Source: Salinivirgaceae bacterium (GTDB taxonomy: Bacteria; Bacteroidota; Bacteroidia; Bacteroidales; SZUA-534). Taken from it: DNA of 61,303 nucleotides. Positions 58,917 through 61,303 of this stretch are shown here, in pieces. A program made the position numbers and the translations under genes. How positions within the stretch are numbered: position 1 is the first letter of the stretch; every line of letters begins with the position of its first letter. Location of the stretch: the NCBI GenBank assembly GCA_024405635.1, contig JAKSOL010000017.1, positions 1 to 61,303 of the forward strand. The letters run 5' to 3'. The notes beneath the pieces were generated by a model, which saw only the letters and a program-made list of their open reading frames with translations, was not told where the DNA came from and ran no database searches.

Positions 58917-60382
58917 TATTCAAATGTGGTTAGGCTATGTGTTAAATCTTCAAAGTTCTCGGGTTTATCGGCAATAACGTAAAGCAAATCGTTGGCTTTT
59001 ATAACAAACGATCCGCTTGACACTATATACTTTCCATCGCGTTTTATCATTGATATCACAATAGTATTTGGCAATCGCAAATCTATCAATGTTTTTCCAA
59101 CGCAACTATATTCTGGCAAAACTTCTACAACTCTAAACTCCGATTTTGTGTTCCATTGTTGTTCAATGTCGAGTGCGGTTTTCTTTTTAATGTTTACTGC
59201 CGATGTTACACCCAACCATCTGCCCACTATTGGCAGCGATGCGCCTTGTAGCAAAACCGATGTAACCGACACAAAGAAAACAATGTGAAACAACGTGTCG
59301 CTATTGGCTACTCCAGCTGTGAGCGGAAAAATAGCAAATACAATGGGGCTGGCGCCACGCAGTCCTACCCACGACACAAATAGTTTTGACCGCGTATCGA
59401 GTTTTGTGGTAAGCGGTGCAAGCAGAAATATGCAAAGTGGACGGGCCACAAATATGAGCACCATGGCAACCACAATACCCTCAACTAAATGCTGAAAAAT
59501 GTGGCTTGGAGTTACTAACATTCCCAGTGTAATGAACATTACTATTTGCATAAGCCATGCGTAACCATCAAATTGCTTTATAAGGCTACTTTTATGCACA
59601 AAACTGCGGTTGCTCAGCGTGCAGGCCGAAATGTAGATTGCTAAAAACGAATTGCCACCTAGCAGTTCGGTTAGTCCAAACACTGCAAGCACTGCGGTTA
59701 TCATTAACACTGAGTACAAACCATCGTAGTCAAATTTAATCCAATTGAATATGCGCTGAATTAACACACCCATGCTGTACCCCACCAACGCGCCTATTAG
59801 CATGTGCTGCACAAACATTGTAAGCATTGTAGGCACCGACACATTTGGCGACAGATTCAGTTCAATAAACATTATGGTGAGAAAATAGGCCATTGGGTCG
59901 TTGCTGGCACTTTCAAACTCAAGTAACGGACGCAACTGTCCTTTCAGTCCTATGCTTTTTGACCTTAATATTGAAAAAACCGCCGCCGCATCGGTTGACG
60001 ACACAATGGCTCCAAGTAACAAACTTTGTCTCAACGGTAAATTTAATAGCCAATGCGACAAAAGTGCTGTTGTAAAACAAGTGATAAACACTCCTGCCGT
60101 TGACAATAGTCCGCCGCTTATTATCACAGGTTTAATGTCGCTCCACTTGGTATCTAAACCGCCCGAAAACAATATAAAACTCATTGCTACCGAGCCAATG
60201 AACTTGGCTACTGTGTAGTTGCTAAATTCAATGTGTCCAGGGCCTTCAACGCCTGCCAATATGCCCACAAACAAAAACAAGATGAGCGATGGTATGCCCA
60301 ACTTTGACGTACGACTTGCAAGCAAACTAACAAACAATAGTATTGCCCCTATAAGTATTATATTGTCAAAGGTTATTTCCAT
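58916..60382 (-). CDS. K+/H+ antiporter NhaP2/CvrA with TrkA-C domain
   Basis: SSTDAAAVFS, ESASNDP and WVGLRGA; C-terminal RCK_C. TACATTTG -7 box at 60388-60395. Confidence 0.92.
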   Translation of the reverse strand: MEITFDNIILIGAILLFVSLLASRTSKLGIPSLILFLFVGILAGVEGPGHIEFSNYTVAKFIGSVAMSFILFSGGLDTKWSDIKPVIISGGLLSTAGVFITCFTTALLSHWLLNLPLRQSLLLGAIVSSTDAAAVFSILRSKSIGLKGQLRPLLEFESASNDPMAYFLTIMFIELNLSPNVSVPTMLTMFVQHMLIGALVGYSMGVLIQRIFNWIKFDYDGLYSVLMITAVLAVFGLTELLGGNSFLAIYISACTLSNRSFVHKSSLIKQFDGYAWLMQIVMFITLGMLVTPSHIFQHLVEGIVVAMVLIFVARPLCIFLLAPLTTKLDTRSKLFVSWVGLRGASPIVFAIFPLTAGVANSDTLFHIVFFVSVTSVLLQGASLPIVGRWLGVTSAVNIKKKTALDIEQQWNTKSEFRVVEVLPEYSCVGKTLIDLRLPNTIVISMIKRDGKYIVSSGSFVIKANDLLYVIADKPENFEDLTHSLTTFE

Positions 60383-60544
60383 ACTAACAAATGTAGCATT
60401 TAAACAAACTGGCTTGTCTTATTATTTACCACAGGTGGTATATTGAAGTTAAATGGATTGTTTTTGATATTTATTTACCCTTTATCGTTTTGTGTTGGCA
60501 ACTCTTAACTAATATTTAAATTAGCACACACAAAAATCTTAACT

Positions 60545-61063
60545 ATGGATTTATCTACTATCGACATTGTAATTATTGTTTTAATAGGCATATCGGCCAT
60601 TCACGGATTGTTTAAGGGATTGATTATGTCGGCTGCTTCACTAATTGCTTTAATTGTTGGTGTTTGGGCTGCGTTAAAGTTCTCGTACCTCACAGGAGCA
60701 AAACTCGAAGAGTGGTTCACCTTAAACGCCAAAATAACCACCGTTGTTGCCTTTACACTAACTTTTGTATTAGCCGTGTTTGGCGTTCACCTTTTGGGCA
60801 AAATTTTAAGCTCGGCGGTTAATTGCGTAAGCCTTGGGTGGCTCGACAAAATTCTTGGACTATTGTTTGGCGCTCTTAAATGCGTTCTGCTTATCAGCAT
60901 AGTTATTTCAATTCTTGAATCGTTTGATTATTTGGCCCAAAACCTACTAGCAGAGGCACAAGATTCGCTAATGTACTCTATAGTAAAAGAGTCGGGGCAA
61001 ACCATTCTTAATCAACTGAATTTCAACAATATGGTTGATGCGGTTAAAGGCGTTGAACTATAA
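60545..61063 (+). CDS. cvpA: CvpA (colicin V production) family membrane protein
   Basis: DIVII..HGLFKGLI and LDKILGLLFGALK. Confidence 0.88.
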   Translation: MDLSTIDIVIIVLIGISAIHGLFKGLIMSAASLIALIVGVWAALKFSYLTGAKLEEWFTLNAKITTVVAFTLTFVLAVFGVHLLGKILSSAVNCVSLGWLDKILGLLFGALKCVLLISIVISILESFDYLAQNLLAEAQDSLMYSIVKESGQTILNQLNFNNMVDAVKGVEL

Positions 61064-61225
61064 AAGAACAAGGGTATAAAGTTATTGCTTGATATAAATA
61101 CATTTCAAGATTATAATTATTGGCATCACACACTCCGATAACTTTATTTTCTTAGTACTCAATCAATTAAGTTTAGGTAGCATTGCGATTTTTGGAGTTT
61201 CACCAATCTCAAAGCCAAATCGTAG

Positions 61226-61303
61226 TATTTATCATAAAAATATATGCAATAAAAATATATGCAATAAAAATATATGCAATAAAAATATATGCAATAAAAA
61301 TAT
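61226..61303 (+). repeat. Probable dispersed element copy 3 (truncated): at least 4.7 x 15-bp ATAAAAATATATGCA
   Basis: Units start at 61234, 61249, 61264, 61279 and 61294. TATTTATCATAAAAATATATG is the reverse complement of 396-416. Confidence 0.88.

Overview
This is a chromosomal segment of a Bacteroidales-type bacterium, judged by TAnnTTTG -7 promoter boxes, signal peptides ending in AQ, T9SS components and cargo, and a short AtpC. Most of it is housekeeping: ribF, GSCFA, yceD-rpmF-plsX, a PorE-like OmpA protein, an F1Fo ATP synthase operon with two foreign genes inside it, holB, a PfkB kinase, a T9SS plug, Wzx plus DUF2723, NhaP2 and CvpA. An accessory zone at about 9-36 kb holds GH31 and GH127/146 glycosidases, an AraC/TonB-receptor/lipoprotein cassette and a convergent PAP2/EptA pair. 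It also holds a 14-kb locus of signal-peptide proteins ending in Peptidase S74 (intramolecular chaperone) domains: two repeat-rich fibre-like proteins sharing about 400 bp of identical DNA, a nearly stand-alone S74 chaperone and a 1930-aa GLUG/T9SS-type protein. A decayed S74 remnant lies at 14.3 kb. A separate non-coding element (variable 15-bp tandem array, conserved promoter-like block, short C/A-rich leader) occurs at about 0.3 kb and 45.7 kb, with a probable third copy truncated at the right end; it looks like a multi-copy sRNA family. I saw no rRNA, tRNA, CRISPR array, transposase or integrase. All calls come from reading motifs by eye; no searches were run.
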